DNA of 64,000 nucleotides. It comes from Takakia lepidozioides (Eukaryota > Plantae > Bryophyta). Position 1 is the stretch's first letter; every line of letters starts with the position of its first letter. A model generated the notes under the pieces. That model saw only the letters and a list, made by a program, of their open reading frames with translations. It was not told the DNA's origin and made no database searches. Position numbers and translations under genes: made by a program. The stretch is taken from assembly GCA_030704615.1 (NCBI GenBank), contig CM060733.1:15314001-15378000 (forward strand), read 5' to 3'. Below, in pieces: positions 1 through 12,508 of this stretch.

Positions 1-617
1 GTGCCAAATATGGTGGTATGAAATTCGCAAGACCGAGTTGTTGCCCTGCAGGAGAGAAGAGTTTGAGGCCTCGGATCAGCTTCTGCAATATGTACAACTC
101 AACTACAGGCTCAGGTGCTGGAGGAACTTTTGTTAACTTTTGTTAACACAAACATGATCTAGAAATGTGATGTCGGTCCAACAATACATATCATGTCAAG
201 AGAACAATCTCAAAAACCACATGAAAGCACTCGAGGCTCCCAGATCACATACGCCAGCAGCATCTATTGGGTACGTCAGCTTCGGGGTTGCAAGGACTTT
301 CCATGTGCAATTCTATATGTGTATGTATAATCTATGGTTTGCATTGGGATGGAAGGAGCAAGAGCCTTACCAAGAATATCAATAAACGTTCGTCCATTGG
401 TGTAGCGTCCAGTCGGGCCGAAAGGAAAGTCAATCCCATTCGCAAGGAAATTGGATCGTGACAGTGTGGTGATGTAGTTATTATTGCCGCAGTCTGAGAG
501 CGAGTCTCCGAATATAAAGATAGGCAGCGACGGGGTTGCCAGCACAGTCGAGCAGAGGAGCAGACAACCAAGGAGAAAATAAACCCCCATCACGCACCCG
601 CAGTTTCTGGCCTCCAT
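1..617 (-). CDS. GDSL esterase/lipase, 5' part (exon 1 617-371; exon 2 from 45 off the window edge)
   Basis: Signal peptide followed by IFIFGDSLSDCGNNNY...NGIDFPFGPTGRYTNGRTFIDILG. GT donor at 370, AG acceptor at 47-46. Exon 2 reads (G)QQLGLANFIPPYLA, the usual GDSL continuation. Confidence 0.93.
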
Positions 618-2304
618 CCGCCTCCCAGTAAAGAATCGAAGTATAAGTGTGATTCTGTATAAGAGCGAATGGCTGATGTATCAGTAATAGATGCCAAGCC
701 AGAACTTTGGGTCCTGTAAATCTGTGTAGACCTGCATTGCATTCTATTCGTAGTCGATGCTAGCATTTATACGAGTTTTTTAAATTATTACCAGCTAGGC
801 AGTTCAAGGTTGCAGACATGAAAACTAGAAATTTGGCCCGCGACATTGCTAACTAAAGTGTGATCAGGTTCTGATGTAAGCTGAGGGCCATGAAGCAATA
901 TGGCTTTGCGAGCCGGCTTAATTGCTTTCCGAGCTACTCGTCCTCTTGTCATCTCTGTAGGACGCACTTGTACTAACTCCACTCGAAAGTCTTCATCTAG
1001 CAAGATCAGTATGTATCAACCTTTGCACAGCTGGTGACGGGAGCTAGCTAGATGTCTCCCAGGTGTGTTATGCTGTGGAAGTATCAGTACTGCTGATCGA
1101 TGAAGGGGAGATCCAGATACTGAAGTCATATTGAGAATGTGGATTTGACATTCGTCGTCTTGTCAATCGCTCAGTGCGCCTACGTCCTAATTGTCCAGTA
1201 GGTCCAACAGCAGGCAGATCTGTTGAACTCAATATTAGAGCAGGCCTCGCCAGTATTGTCTAGTGTGAATAGCATTTTTTCCGGAAAGTTATAATGTCAG
1301 AGGAGGAAACATACCTGGGTCTATGTTTGTAGCCAGAGTTGCCAACACCTCCGATGCAAGAAGCACTTGATAGTTATCAGGAACATGAAGGCATCCAGAA
1401 TGCAAGCCTGCGAATCTACACTAAAAAAGGTGGTAGGAAATACTTCAGGAGCAGAATTGTCTGGAAGGCGCATATGCTTGAACCTCGCGACTTAGACAGC
1501 CTGAGCAAGGATGTGACTAATAAGCAGCTGGAAGAAAGAACAAGGAGGCCTCTCAAGTGGATTGAATGAGGCGAAGCTGCGTCGATTGAGGAACCGTGGC
1601 ATTTAAGAACAAGAAAGACGTTACGAGTTACTACTAACTTTAGAGGGAAACCTTCAGACATTAAGGGATTGGATTTTACAGGGCTCTTCTTGATTGTGGG
1701 GGAGCTCAAAGAGTTGCTTTGGAATCCTAAACCATGAATGTTTCGAGACAGAGTTATGCTTGTAAACAAGAGGAAGAGTTCATGGGTGTGGCTCTGAAGT
1801 CATCATTCCTCTAATGTCCCGATTCCCTTTCCATTAAAACCCTATCAAAGCTGGAGACTCGAAGATCCGGCCACTGCCATGTCGATCCACCTAGCACCCA
1901 CATCCAACCGTCGCAAGTTACACAGCTGCAGCAGCAAATGCTTGTAATGGCTGCCACGACATTCTATTTGCGAACCCCTCTGGACGTGGGTGTTCATGAC
2001 ATGCATGCACTACGATTTCATATAATTTGTCGTTTCACAGCTGCAGAGCTACATGCTGTGTTGAAGGCACATCCTAATTAGGAGTACAGTAACTGCATGT
2101 CCTGAAAACCCAACATATTGGCTCACTTAGATCGATCATCTCACACAAATCCGGATCTTTCAACTGAACAACCCACAACAAATACATATTTGTTCGCGGA
2201 ATATATAGTAAAAGATTGACATAGAAACATCGATTCCTTTGGTTGAGCTTGAAAGTTGATATGTCCAGCTGCCATTGGCCAGTTGTGTTCATACAATCCT
2301 ACAA

Positions 2305-2613
2305 AAGAAAAGATAAAGATAAAGCTTCTTTAATGTCCATGGGGGGCCCAATGGACGGTCTGAAGGCACATGTTGAAGGATTGAACCCAGGATCACCTAG
2401 GTTATGCACAGGCAAGGCACAAACACCCAACCACTGGGCTACCTGCTCAAGAAAGTATGACCTTCCCAAAGGAAGTGGTGTCTCTTGACCCCCAAGGGCT
2501 ACTGCCTTCCAGCAGGACGGTGGACACCTTTGTGACACCAATTGGTGGATTGAACCCACAACCACTTCCGAGGTGGTATGTGCCCATTACCACTGGGCTA
2601 CAACTTGGTTGTC
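2305..2613 (-). mobile_element. Dimeric tRNA-derived SINE with 13-bp TSD
   Basis: Two tandem Pol III heads, each with A box TAGCCCAGTGG and B box GGTTCAATCC. T-rich tail TTATCTTTATCTTTT. Direct repeat TACAATCCTACAA at 2292-2304 and 2614-2626. Confidence 0.8.
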
Positions 2614-4777
2614 TACAATCCTACAAGGCCAAAGGGTGGACTGTATGTGGAGTGGTAAGACGTTGTAGGTAGTCAGGATGTCTCTTGAGATTATCTTCTC
2701 TCCCTCTCCCCTCCAGATTTCAGTCTTTGTCATGTCCCACAGAAATCTGATCCTGACTATCCAAAACACCCAATGATAGGTTTCAATCAACAAGTCAGTC
2801 ATTGACCGATGTGACAAGTGAGGAAGAAACCGAGCCTGGACATCGAAAGAAAGAGAACAATAAAATATCTTGTTCATAAAAACCCTCTTGGTCATGTCCA
2901 CCAGTTGAGCCACCACTGACACATGACTGAAAACCACCAACTGTGGGGTCAAGGAAATTTGCTCAGCTTGTACTGCACTTTGGTTCATCTTTAGATGTTG
3001 GCTCCAGCAAAAAACCAAAACTTAGAGTCTCCTAAGCACGAAAGAGAAGTTTGCCAACTTGACTACATTTATTACATGACGTTGTGTCCAGGTGCATCTC
3101 ATATTATCTCGCAGTAACCTGAGGAGTCGCTGTGACTCCCTGCACTCCACGCCCACTTGCCTTCCCAACTCCTTCCAACCAACATTGGCGGCCTTGATAC
3201 TTGCAGGGATTCGAATAGGTTGATGGCCTCATCTCCCCAATCACCATCCAGTGACACCGCGCTTGTAGAAACCGTGAACAGTTCTGGTGAATCCGCTGTA
3301 GCTTCTCTCCAAAGGTGAGTGAAGCCGAACTCAAAACTCGGGATGCAGAATCGCCATAAGAACGAAAAGCGATATATGAATAGTAGAATCTGTCAACTGG
3401 ATTTATGGCCAGGGAGGGATGCCGGGGAACACATGGGGGACAATATAAGTAGTGTCAATGAATGCTGTCAATGAAGTGCGTGGGCTCCACGCCCATGCAT
3501 TCATTCAAGCATCTTGATACAACCACCACCACCCTGGGATTTAAGAAGAAGCATGGATCTTCGAGCTGCACTGCTCAACTTCTCATGAGAAGGGAAGTTG
3601 TCTCCTCCATGCGATTTTCGCAAGTGCCAGTTTGCCAGAGCCGAGTATAGAAAGGCGAAAGGGGCGGATGCGAAGAAATAGAGATGGAAAAGGGCGATTC
3701 CCGGCGATAATCTAGTCTTTGTGCACGTCCGAGTCGTGGCTCGACGTCGCCGCCGTCTCTCCCTCTCTCTATCGCTGTCCCCGAGAGAGAGTCTCTGTCT
3801 CTCCCCCCGGGTCCACAGTGCAGACGTGTGGTTGCTGGGTTCGCAATGTACCTATCTGCAGATGGTTAGGGTTTCTTTGACCGTCCTGTTTGTGGGTCTT
3901 CTTTTTGGGAAGCCGGTGCTTTTACGATGCTCATTGCATGGAAAATGGAGGGCGAATCTCGTCTGGGCTGGACATGATCTACTGCAGCAGTTTGTGAGCC
4001 GGTGCTTCACTGTGTAGTGATGGTGTAATGCTGTCTTGGTGCATCGGTTGTGAGAATTCTTCCTCTTTCGTCTTGTTTTTCGAACTGCGAGCGAGGTTCT
4101 TTCTCTCTGGACGCGCGCGATTAGATGGACGTCCTTGCGGCATCTCTGCAGCACGCGTACTGCAATTCAGAAGTTCTGTGAAGATTCAGTCTCTTATGGA
4201 CGTTATAGCGAGACTCAGATTCATGATCTTTCCTGATTGGTGCTGACATGTGCTAGCTCGGCAGTCACTGGGTGCGAATCCAAGACTTCGGCATCGTAGA
4301 AGGTTACACGTTGTTTCTTTATTCCTGAACCTGTCTTTCTTTCATTCAATCTCTTTCCTTTGTTTGTATCCTTACGCAAATAGGTGTCGAAGTCAATCAT
4401 CCCAACACAAGATTTCAATTGATGAGTATCGATCATTACTTCAGCAGGGTATCATGTTAGTTGTCTTACCGTAGCCAGGTGACTCGTGAATAATCCGTGA
4501 CACGTACTATTCATGTCGAGTCCGCGTGCATGGTCAATGCAGGATGTTGATGATGTCTGTTCGTATTCATGTGCAGCCTGCATCAACCTTCAATCCGGGC
4601 TGGGCTATCGATTGTAGAACTTGAGGTAGTACTTAGCGAAATGCGGCGAGAAGGACAACGCTCCGAAGTGCAGGAGGGTCTTACGGACAGAGTCCTTGGA
4701 ATGCTGAGTTGAAATGTGAAGAGATCATTTTGGGATAGAGGAAGTTCTTGAGAGTTGATACCTGGCAGGTTCGCACG

Positions 4778-5701
4778 ATGGTGCGAGCGGACTGTCACCG
4801 GAAATACTCGGACGTATCTTTCAAACTCCCTGCAGCTGTTCCCTTCAAGTGGGAAGCAGAACCTGGAAAGCCAATTGAACCGTCAAAAACCGAGCCACAT
4901 GTTGGTCCTCTCGTCCCTCCTCCTTGCATAAGGGCCAGAAGACTACATGCTGGACAATTTAAGTTTGGAGGATACGGGCCAGAGACCGTTCCTAGTGCTG
5001 GACTTCATGTCTCTGATAAGATCTTGCAAAAGGTGGTGGGATCGCAACGCCTGTCAAACCAGCCGAGCTGCATGAGTTACCTGTCGCTGAATGCTTTCAA
5101 GTTCATCAGGAAAAGAGGAGACTGCTCCTCTGCGGATCTAGATAGGGATTCTGATGATGAGGAGGATTATGAATCCTCAGTCAGCACTGTCGATCACCCG
5201 GACACCCCCAGCTCTTCCTCAGGCTGTTCTGGCTCAGGGTCTCACTCACGAAATCCAGTAGTGCCTCGGCCACCCCTTCCCCAACCCACTTCCCAACTGG
5301 CACCCTGCCTACTCTCCCTCACCAACAGGGCAGATATTAAACCAGAAGACGGCACTGCTACTGATGTAGACGTGGTGTTTGCCGGCCCGCGTGAGGCTGC
5401 ATGGCACCAACCAGAAGAGGAGCAGTACACAGTGCGAAGTAAAGGTAGACCGCCAACAGTGGGGCGACGATATGGACAAACCCAGGGAAGGTCGTACGCT
5501 CACGAGCGGAGGGCTTCTCAGGGCAGTAGAAGCCCAACAGCGATGCAGAAACAAGATATAACGGTTCCAAATTATGTGATGAGTCCAGGCAGGCATCAGG
5601 CAAAGGGGGCATCATTAACGAAGTCTGACGGTCTCCCAAGCATGATTGACGGTCTCCCAAGCAGGATGAATCGCCTTAATTCAAGTTTCAATGATCGATA
5701 G
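4778..5701 (+). CDS. DUF688-like plant protein (~307 aa)
   Basis: Open frame from ATG 4778, just after an AG acceptor. Motif AVPFKWEAEPGKP...LVPPP followed by Ser/Pro-rich low-complexity sequence, typical of DUF688. Confidence 0.7.
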   Translation: MVRADCHRKYSDVSFKLPAAVPFKWEAEPGKPIEPSKTEPHVGPLVPPPCIRARRLHAGQFKFGGYGPETVPSAGLHVSDKILQKVVGSQRLSNQPSCMSYLSLNAFKFIRKRGDCSSADLDRDSDDEEDYESSVSTVDHPDTPSSSSGCSGSGSHSRNPVVPRPPLPQPTSQLAPCLLSLTNRADIKPEDGTATDVDVVFAGPREAAWHQPEEEQYTVRSKGRPPTVGRRYGQTQGRSYAHERRASQGSRSPTAMQKQDITVPNYVMSPGRHQAKGASLTKSDGLPSMIDGLPSRMNRLNSSFNDR

Positions 5702-6629
5702 ACAGCTTGGAGTAGGTCCGATATGATCTGCTGTTGGACCTCGGAGGTAAATGAACAGCTCTTTCATCTGGAAGGATTGCCAGGTTCAATTTTCTTGGCT
5801 CAAAATTGCTGGCGATTGTTTTGCTCGTGACTAGGAAAAGATCCATGGTCAGACTGTAATAATTCTGGCCTATCAGATTTGTTCTCATAAACTTTTTCCT
5901 GCTCTCTCTCTCTCTCTCTCTCTCTGATCCCCACTTGCATTGTTTATCAATTGTAGACCTGTGATGGTATACCAGTGCATGAAGCTGATCGGAGAGTTTT
6001 ATCTCGGAATGTTTTTGCAGAATCTGAGTCCCCGGATGGAGGACATAAGCCTCGAGATCTAGAGCTGTACAAGTGACGTCCGCCACATGTGTATATGTAC
6101 ACATGGATAAAATTACATCTTACTTAGATCAAATGATTTAATTCTAGAAACATTAAGTCACTACAACCTGTAGTATGTAGACGTCCTGAAGAGAACATTT
6201 TACATTGCATGATGCACGAGCACAATTTTCGATCATGTAAGTGAGCTTCCACCGATCGATGTTCACTTTACAAGTAGCACAAGGTTGTTCGTTTATGCCT
6301 AATTGTTGAAACCAACATAATTCATTTGAGACAAGGTAGCGGTCTGTCCAGAGAAAGAAAGGGACTCTCTATAATGTCCGTGCAAGTAGCTCAAAAGAGC
6401 TTACGAGACAAAATCCCTTGGAGTTGTAAACAGTGTGTTAAGGTTGAGGTTGTGCAGAATTGTTGCATGTGTGCAAGCTTGTAATCTTGGAACACAACTG
6501 TTCACAGTAGAGGCAGGCTGCACAGATTTTGGAAACTCTTCCTACTAGGGAGTATGTACATCTGGAGGCTACAATCCCAAGTCGAGAGGGCGATATATTT
6601 ACGAGCTAGTTATGAGTTGGTAAGTTGTT

Positions 6630-7526
6630 TGTAATATAATCATTAACAAATCTCAAGGCGGCCGAGGAACTAAGTGGACAATTCAGCTGTGGTGTCCCTG
6701 GAGAGAGGAGGGCTGAACCTTGCATGCGGAGAGCAATATGTGGGTGTTCACAGTTCATGATTTTGAATGAACTCATAGCGATCAATTTGTATCTAAACTT
6801 AAAGGCTGATTACCTGCTCCACAGCTCAACTCGATTCTCAATTCAGATCAATTGTTGCAACTTGCTTTTTTTTACGTTCCTCTTGTCTAATTCTCCTCCC
6901 TGTCTTTCTTCCCCGCCTATTCGTCGACTGGAAATTCAGATCTCACTCCCCTACCAATGGTTCCATCATGACCAGACTTGAATCTAAACTAAGTCCTTGG
7001 CAATTAGGCGAGATCACACATCATAGGCCACTGCAATCATCACTCTCTGCGGCCCTTATTCTAACATGGCCAAATATCAACAATGTAATGCATGTACAGA
7101 TCCTTCAAGTCCCAATGATTCCTGACTCAACTGGAACTATCGCCCAATCCTATAATTGCACATGGTACTGGGATACACCCAGTCCTCCCAACCGCCACAC
7201 CATGCATCAGCTTCTGTATCATCTCTCTTCCCTACTCGTAGACACTGTTCACCATGGCCGTCCTGTCTGCCACACTCTATACAGCCAACGTCTACAAGTT
7301 CTCTTATCTAGGGAAAAACCAAAAGAAGAGAATCCCTAATCTACTCCCTGTACACTTTTCTACCATCTTCATATGTAGCTTTTGGTCTTGATCAATGGGA
7401 GCTTGCCACCTCCTGCTGTTCCACGTGGCATCCCCATCACCTCCCCTAGACAGCTGTCGACGATTGTTGAACCGTTCAACACCCTGCCACGCCTGTCGCC
7501 AGGTTCAATCTCACAGGGACGTTATA
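6630..7526 (-). repeat. Probable 3' LTR of the Gypsy element
   Basis: On the minus strand a polypurine tract AAAGAGGGGAGG follows the integrase stop, then TATAACGTCCC (decayed TGTAAC start). Segment ends ...TATTACA at 6630. No matching 5' LTR in the window. Confidence 0.55.
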
Positions 7527-7539
7527 TCACCTCCCCTCT

Positions 7540-10500
7540 TTATAAGGGAGTATTGTTCTCAGTACTGAACCGGGGAAAGTTCTTACCAAGATCATCTTCT
7601 CTCTCCCATGTAGATTCTTCTACAGGGTAATTCTTCAACTTGATCAAGAATTCGTTCCAAGAACGAGATCTCAAGGTTTTCACCTCTACCTTAAGAATCT
7701 CTTTTGGTTCTGCCACAACTTCTCGTTCAATTGTGACCTTTGGCAATTCTGGGAGAACATGGTTGGTATCCGAAACATATTTCCTAAGGCTCACATGAAA
7801 TACGTCATGTATCTTCCACCTAACGGGCAGTTCCAGCTGGTAGGCTACCTTGCCAATCTTCTTGATAATTTTGAAAGGTCCACAGTACCTTGGGGAAAGC
7901 TTGTAGCATTTTCCTAGGCTCAACTGGCTCTTATTAGGGATCACTTTAAAAAATACTTCATTTTCGATCTCGAATTCCCTAAAAGACCTTTTTTGATCAG
8001 CATAGGCCTTTGCCCTTTCATAAGCTCTCCTCGTGCTATCCATCATTGAGTCCATCTCTTGCTGCATCCTTGCTATCATCTGATTGACACTTTTAACCTT
8101 AGTATTTGAAACATGCCAAGATGCTGGTGTCAAACAATCTTGCCCATAGATAGCTTCGAATGGGCTTACCCCAATAGTTGTATGCATGTTCTTATTATAG
8201 GCAAACTCACAAAAATGCAAATATTGCTCCCAAGAGCTTTGTCTTTGCCCCACATACATTCGTCCGGGCATGTCTTCTAAGGTTCTATTTGTCCTCTCTG
8301 TCTGAGCATCAGATTCTGGATAGTAAGCACTGCTAAAACACAATCTGGTAATCAAAGCTTTGAACAAAGCAGTCCAAAATCCACTTGTAAACTTCGAATC
8401 CCTGTCAGACACAATTTCTCTTGGCAATCCATGCAGTCTGTATATCTCTTTTAAAAAGAGATTAGTTGTGTCTATAGCAGTAACACTCATCTTTGTGGGT
8501 ATGAAATGCGTCTGCTTTGATAAGCGATCAACCACCACAAAGATGACATCATGTCTATTTCTTATCTGAGGCAATGAAACAATGAAATCCATGCTTTGCC
8601 CTAGGCACATTCAGAGGTTGCAAAAGTCCAAGAGTCTTGATCTGTTCTATCTTGGTTACCTGACAAGAGTAACACCTTTCAACATAATCTCGTATGTTCT
8701 TCTTCATCCTAGGCCAAAAAAATTGTTTCCTGACTGCGAGATATGTTTTCTGAAAGCCAGGATGGCCTGCAATGGGTATGTTATGACAGTCGTACATGAT
8801 CTTTAGTCTAAAGTCTGCGACCTGAGGGATGCATGGACGCCCACTATGCAACCCATCCTTCAACAAATAAGCAAGATACTTGTCAATTTCCTCAGGAGTC
8901 TTAACCCCCCGAGACAGGCTTTCAAAAGGGCCAATAAAATATGCATCTCTAGCATGCTAACCTCTTATCTCGTCTATCACAGTACTTCTTAACATTGAAA
9001 TAACTGTTGTCCACCTTCTTCAGGACAATGCATCTGCCACCACGTTCTCTTTCACTTTCACATAATGCAATTCAAAGAATAACTGTTGGAGGAATTCTAC
9101 CCAACCTCAGTATCTGTCTCAATCTTAAATTCCCTTCCCAACAGATAATGCCGCCAAACCTTTAAGGCATGTATGATGGCTAACAATTCTTTTCATGCAC
9201 TGGGTAATTCAGCTCTGTTGGGCTTCGTTTCTAGACTCATCAGTAATTACCTGTCCGTGTTGCATTAACACAGCCCTATGGTCGGGTCACTTGCATCTGT
9301 GCAAAGTACTAGACCACCTGTCTTGTAATCCATTAATTTCAAGACATGAGCATGTGTCAACATATCTTTAAGCTTTTGAAAGCTTTCATTACAATCCTCG
9401 GTCCAGGTAATCGCTTCTAAGTCTTTCAGCAGACAGTAAGAGGGGTTGCAATCTTGGAGAATGCTTTTATAAATCTTCTATAAAAGCTCTGCAAGTCCTA
9501 GATGCTCTCACATCAATTCTATCTTTCGGGATTGGCCATTCTGCCACTGTCTTTACCTCTTGGGTCCATTAAGATGTCATCATTTGACATATGTGACCCA
9601 GTATTCCATTTGGGAAACAAAAAACTCACACTTGCTCTTCTTAGCATAGAGTTTATTTTCTCTTAAGATCTTTAGAACACTTCTCAAGTGTTCCACGTGT
9701 TCTTCTTCAGACTTCGCATAGATTAAAATGTCATCCATGAAGATTAACACAAAAAATTTCCTCAGATACTTTCTGAATAAGGTATTCATTAAGCCAATGA
9801 AAGTGGGTGGTTTGTGCACTTGTGAGTCCAAAAGACATCACTGTATATTCATAGTGGCTAAATCTAGTTCTGAAGGCCGTCTTAAACGTGTCCGAGTCTT
9901 TGACACGGATCTGATGGTATCCACCTTCGTAGTCTATCTTTAAAAATACTTGCGCACCATGCAAGTAATCAAATAAGTCATCTATCTTGGGAAGTGGAAA
10001 CTTGTTATTTACAGTTAGCTTATTCAGCCATGTGTAGTCCGCACCTTAAAGTCCCGTCTTTCTTTTTCTTGAACAACACTGGTGCTCCCCAAGGAGACTT
10101 GTTAGACTTAATATAACCTTTCTCTAGCAAATCAGCCAGATGTCTCTCCAATTCTTCATTCTCCACCAAAGAATGTCTATAATGAATTCTAAAGACAGGA
10201 ACTGCTTCAGGAAGCAATTCAATGGCATGATCTATATCCATTTCAAGAGGTAGTCCAGGCAGATCACTGTGAAACACATCTGAAAATTCAGACAGGACCT
10301 TATTTGCTCTGTTGAGCTTGTTCAACTCCACTTCAATGCCTTCATCATCATTCTCATGAATGCTTACGAAGAACAGCTGATCAGCTGTCTTCCATGTGCA
10401 TCGCTTCATTTGAAGGGCTAACAACAAGGGAACATTGGGTAGGGCTCTTGTACCTGTAAGCTTATCACCAGGCAACACCCCCTCCACTGAGCAATCTCCG

Positions 10501-10740
10501 CATGCCACTTGAGCGTCCACAGATGCCAGCCACTGTATCCCCAAGATGACGTCATGTCTCTCACTATCCCAGACACAGTGGTGCCCCCCTGCATTGAAAC
10601 AGGGACATCCAAACTCCTAATGTTGCTAGATCTTGTATCTTCATTAGGCAACAGAATGGTGCTGGCGCCAACCTCCATTAACTACAGTTTGCACTTGTTT
10701 GCAAAATTTTGAAACGAAGTTATGGCTGCTTCCTGGGTCA
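7540..10740 (-). mobile_element. Ty3/Gypsy chromovirus pol pseudogene (protease C-part, RT, RNase H, integrase, chromodomain)
   Basis: DPGSSHNF protease; [17 protein letters not shown]...KTAFRTR and [10 protein letters not shown] motifs; GHPGFQKTY...VERCYSCQ zinc finger; SMDFIVSLP/IVSDRDSKF core; GPF motif; EFLIKLKNYPVEESTWE chromodomain. Many frameshifts. Confidence 0.95.
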
Positions 10741-10984
10741 ATCAAAACCCCGGTTATCAGCGTCATGTCTGTCCGTCAGCGTCAGGTCGCGTCAGACCTG
10801 ACGCTGACGGGACCTCCGTCACGTCAAGTTCGGGGAATATTCTAGTAAAAATAGTACTAGGTAAAATACAGCCACTTAGACAGCCACGTCGCCCACACGG
10901 TGGCGGTGGCAAATACATTTTGAAAATTAACAAAATGAACACGACTATCGATTCGCTTTGTTTTTTTAAATTAAAAAAGAAATA

Positions 10985-12080
10985 GCGACCGCCGTATTGG
11001 CGGTCGCTTCAATTTTTATTTTTTTTAAAGCAAAATTGATGGTCGCATTGGGCAGTCGTTTTTTTTTTCGAAATAGAAAAAGAAATAGCGACCCCCATAT
11101 TGGCGGTCTCTTCAAATGTTTTTTTTTTAAAAACAAGATTGGCAGTCGTACTGGCGGTCGCCTTATTTTTCGAATAAAAAAAACAAATAGCTACCGCTAT
11201 GCTGGCGGTTGCTTCAATTTATTTTTAAGAAAAAACAAGATTGGCGGACGTATTGGCGGTCGCTTAATTTTTAAAAAAAAACGAGCGACTGCCGTATTGG
11301 CGGTCGCACGGTGGCAAATACATTTTTGAAAATTAACAAAATGAACGCGACCGCCAATTATGCCGGTTGCTTTGTTTTTTGAAATTAATAAAGAAAAAGC
11401 GACCGCAGTATTGGCGGTCGGTTCAATTTTTTTTTAAAAAGCAAGATTGGCGGTCGCACTGGCTGTCGCTTTATTTTCCGAAATAGAAAAATAAATAGCG
11501 ACCGCCATATTGGCGGTCGCTTCAATTTTTTTTTTTAAAAAGCAAGATTGGCGGTCGCAGTGGCGGTCGCTTTATTTTTCGAATTAAAAAAAGAAATAGC
11601 GACCCCTATCTTGGCGGTCGCTTCAATTTATTTTTAAAAAAAAACAAGATTGGCGGTCGCATTGGCGGTCGCCTAATTTAAAAAAGAAAACAAGCGACTG
11701 CCGTATTGGCGGTCACACAATTTTGTAAATATGTACAGAACAAGCGACCGCCATAAAATATAAAGATTAAAAGCGACCGCCTTACTGGCGGTCGCGTTTT
11801 TTTTTAAATATTAAAAATAAAAGCGACCACCATATTGGCGGTCGCTTTATTTTAAATATATTAACAAATGAAGCGACCGCCATACCGGCAGTCGCATTAT
11901 ATTTTGAAATAAAAACCAATAGCGATCGCCATACGGGCGGTCGCTTAAATTTAAAAATATATAAAATAGAAGTGACCGCAATATTGCACAAAATGAAAGA
12001 AAATAAAAGCGACCGCAGTAGTGACGGTCGTTTGTTTTTCATTAAAAAAAAAAATAGCAACCGTAGTATTAGCGGTCGCT
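10985..12080. repeat. Left subterminal array of GCGACCGCC-N4/5-GGCGGTCGC palindromes with AT-rich spacers
   Basis: Dozens of GCGACCGC/GGCGGTCGC motifs separated by A/T tracts. Confidence 0.9.
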
Positions 12081-12508
12081 TAATTTCAAAATTACAACAA
12101 ATATAGTTGTACAGCCTTTTTCGGGTATGCGCTATTGGTTCGTCATTTATTCATTTCACTTTTATTTCACTTTCATCCCTCTTGGATCATATATAAGGGA
12201 GGAGGGTCACCAAGCTCCTCACTTCTTCTAGCGCAAACACTTGAGGTTGTTTTGGATGTTCTCTTCCATTGAACGAGAGTGTAGCCCAAGAGGAGGGTGC
12301 ATACCTTTTGCCATTGTGACTTCCACCAAAGCCACTTCAGCAAATTGTGTATAAGTTCAACACTACAACCCACATCGACCCACTTGGGTTGCTAACAGGT
12401 ATAGAAGTGTTGGGCTATCGCATTGCACTCTACATTCACAACACGTTCATTTATAGGTGACTATTTTTTGTTGCTTGCATCGCTAAGTCTCAGGGGAGTG
12501 GATATTGG

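Noticed and set aside
788-1060. Receptor-kinase remnant (LIHTDL...LLDEDFRV)
   Set aside because: Only a few residues in shifting frames, too weak to call.
10997-12060. ORFs within the GCGACCGCC arrays
   Set aside because: Low-complexity translations of non-coding repeats.
12108-12398. Solo LTR upstream of the hAT transposase
   Set aside because: TG...CA ends and a TATA are present, but there is no matching TSD. It could simply be the transposase promoter region.
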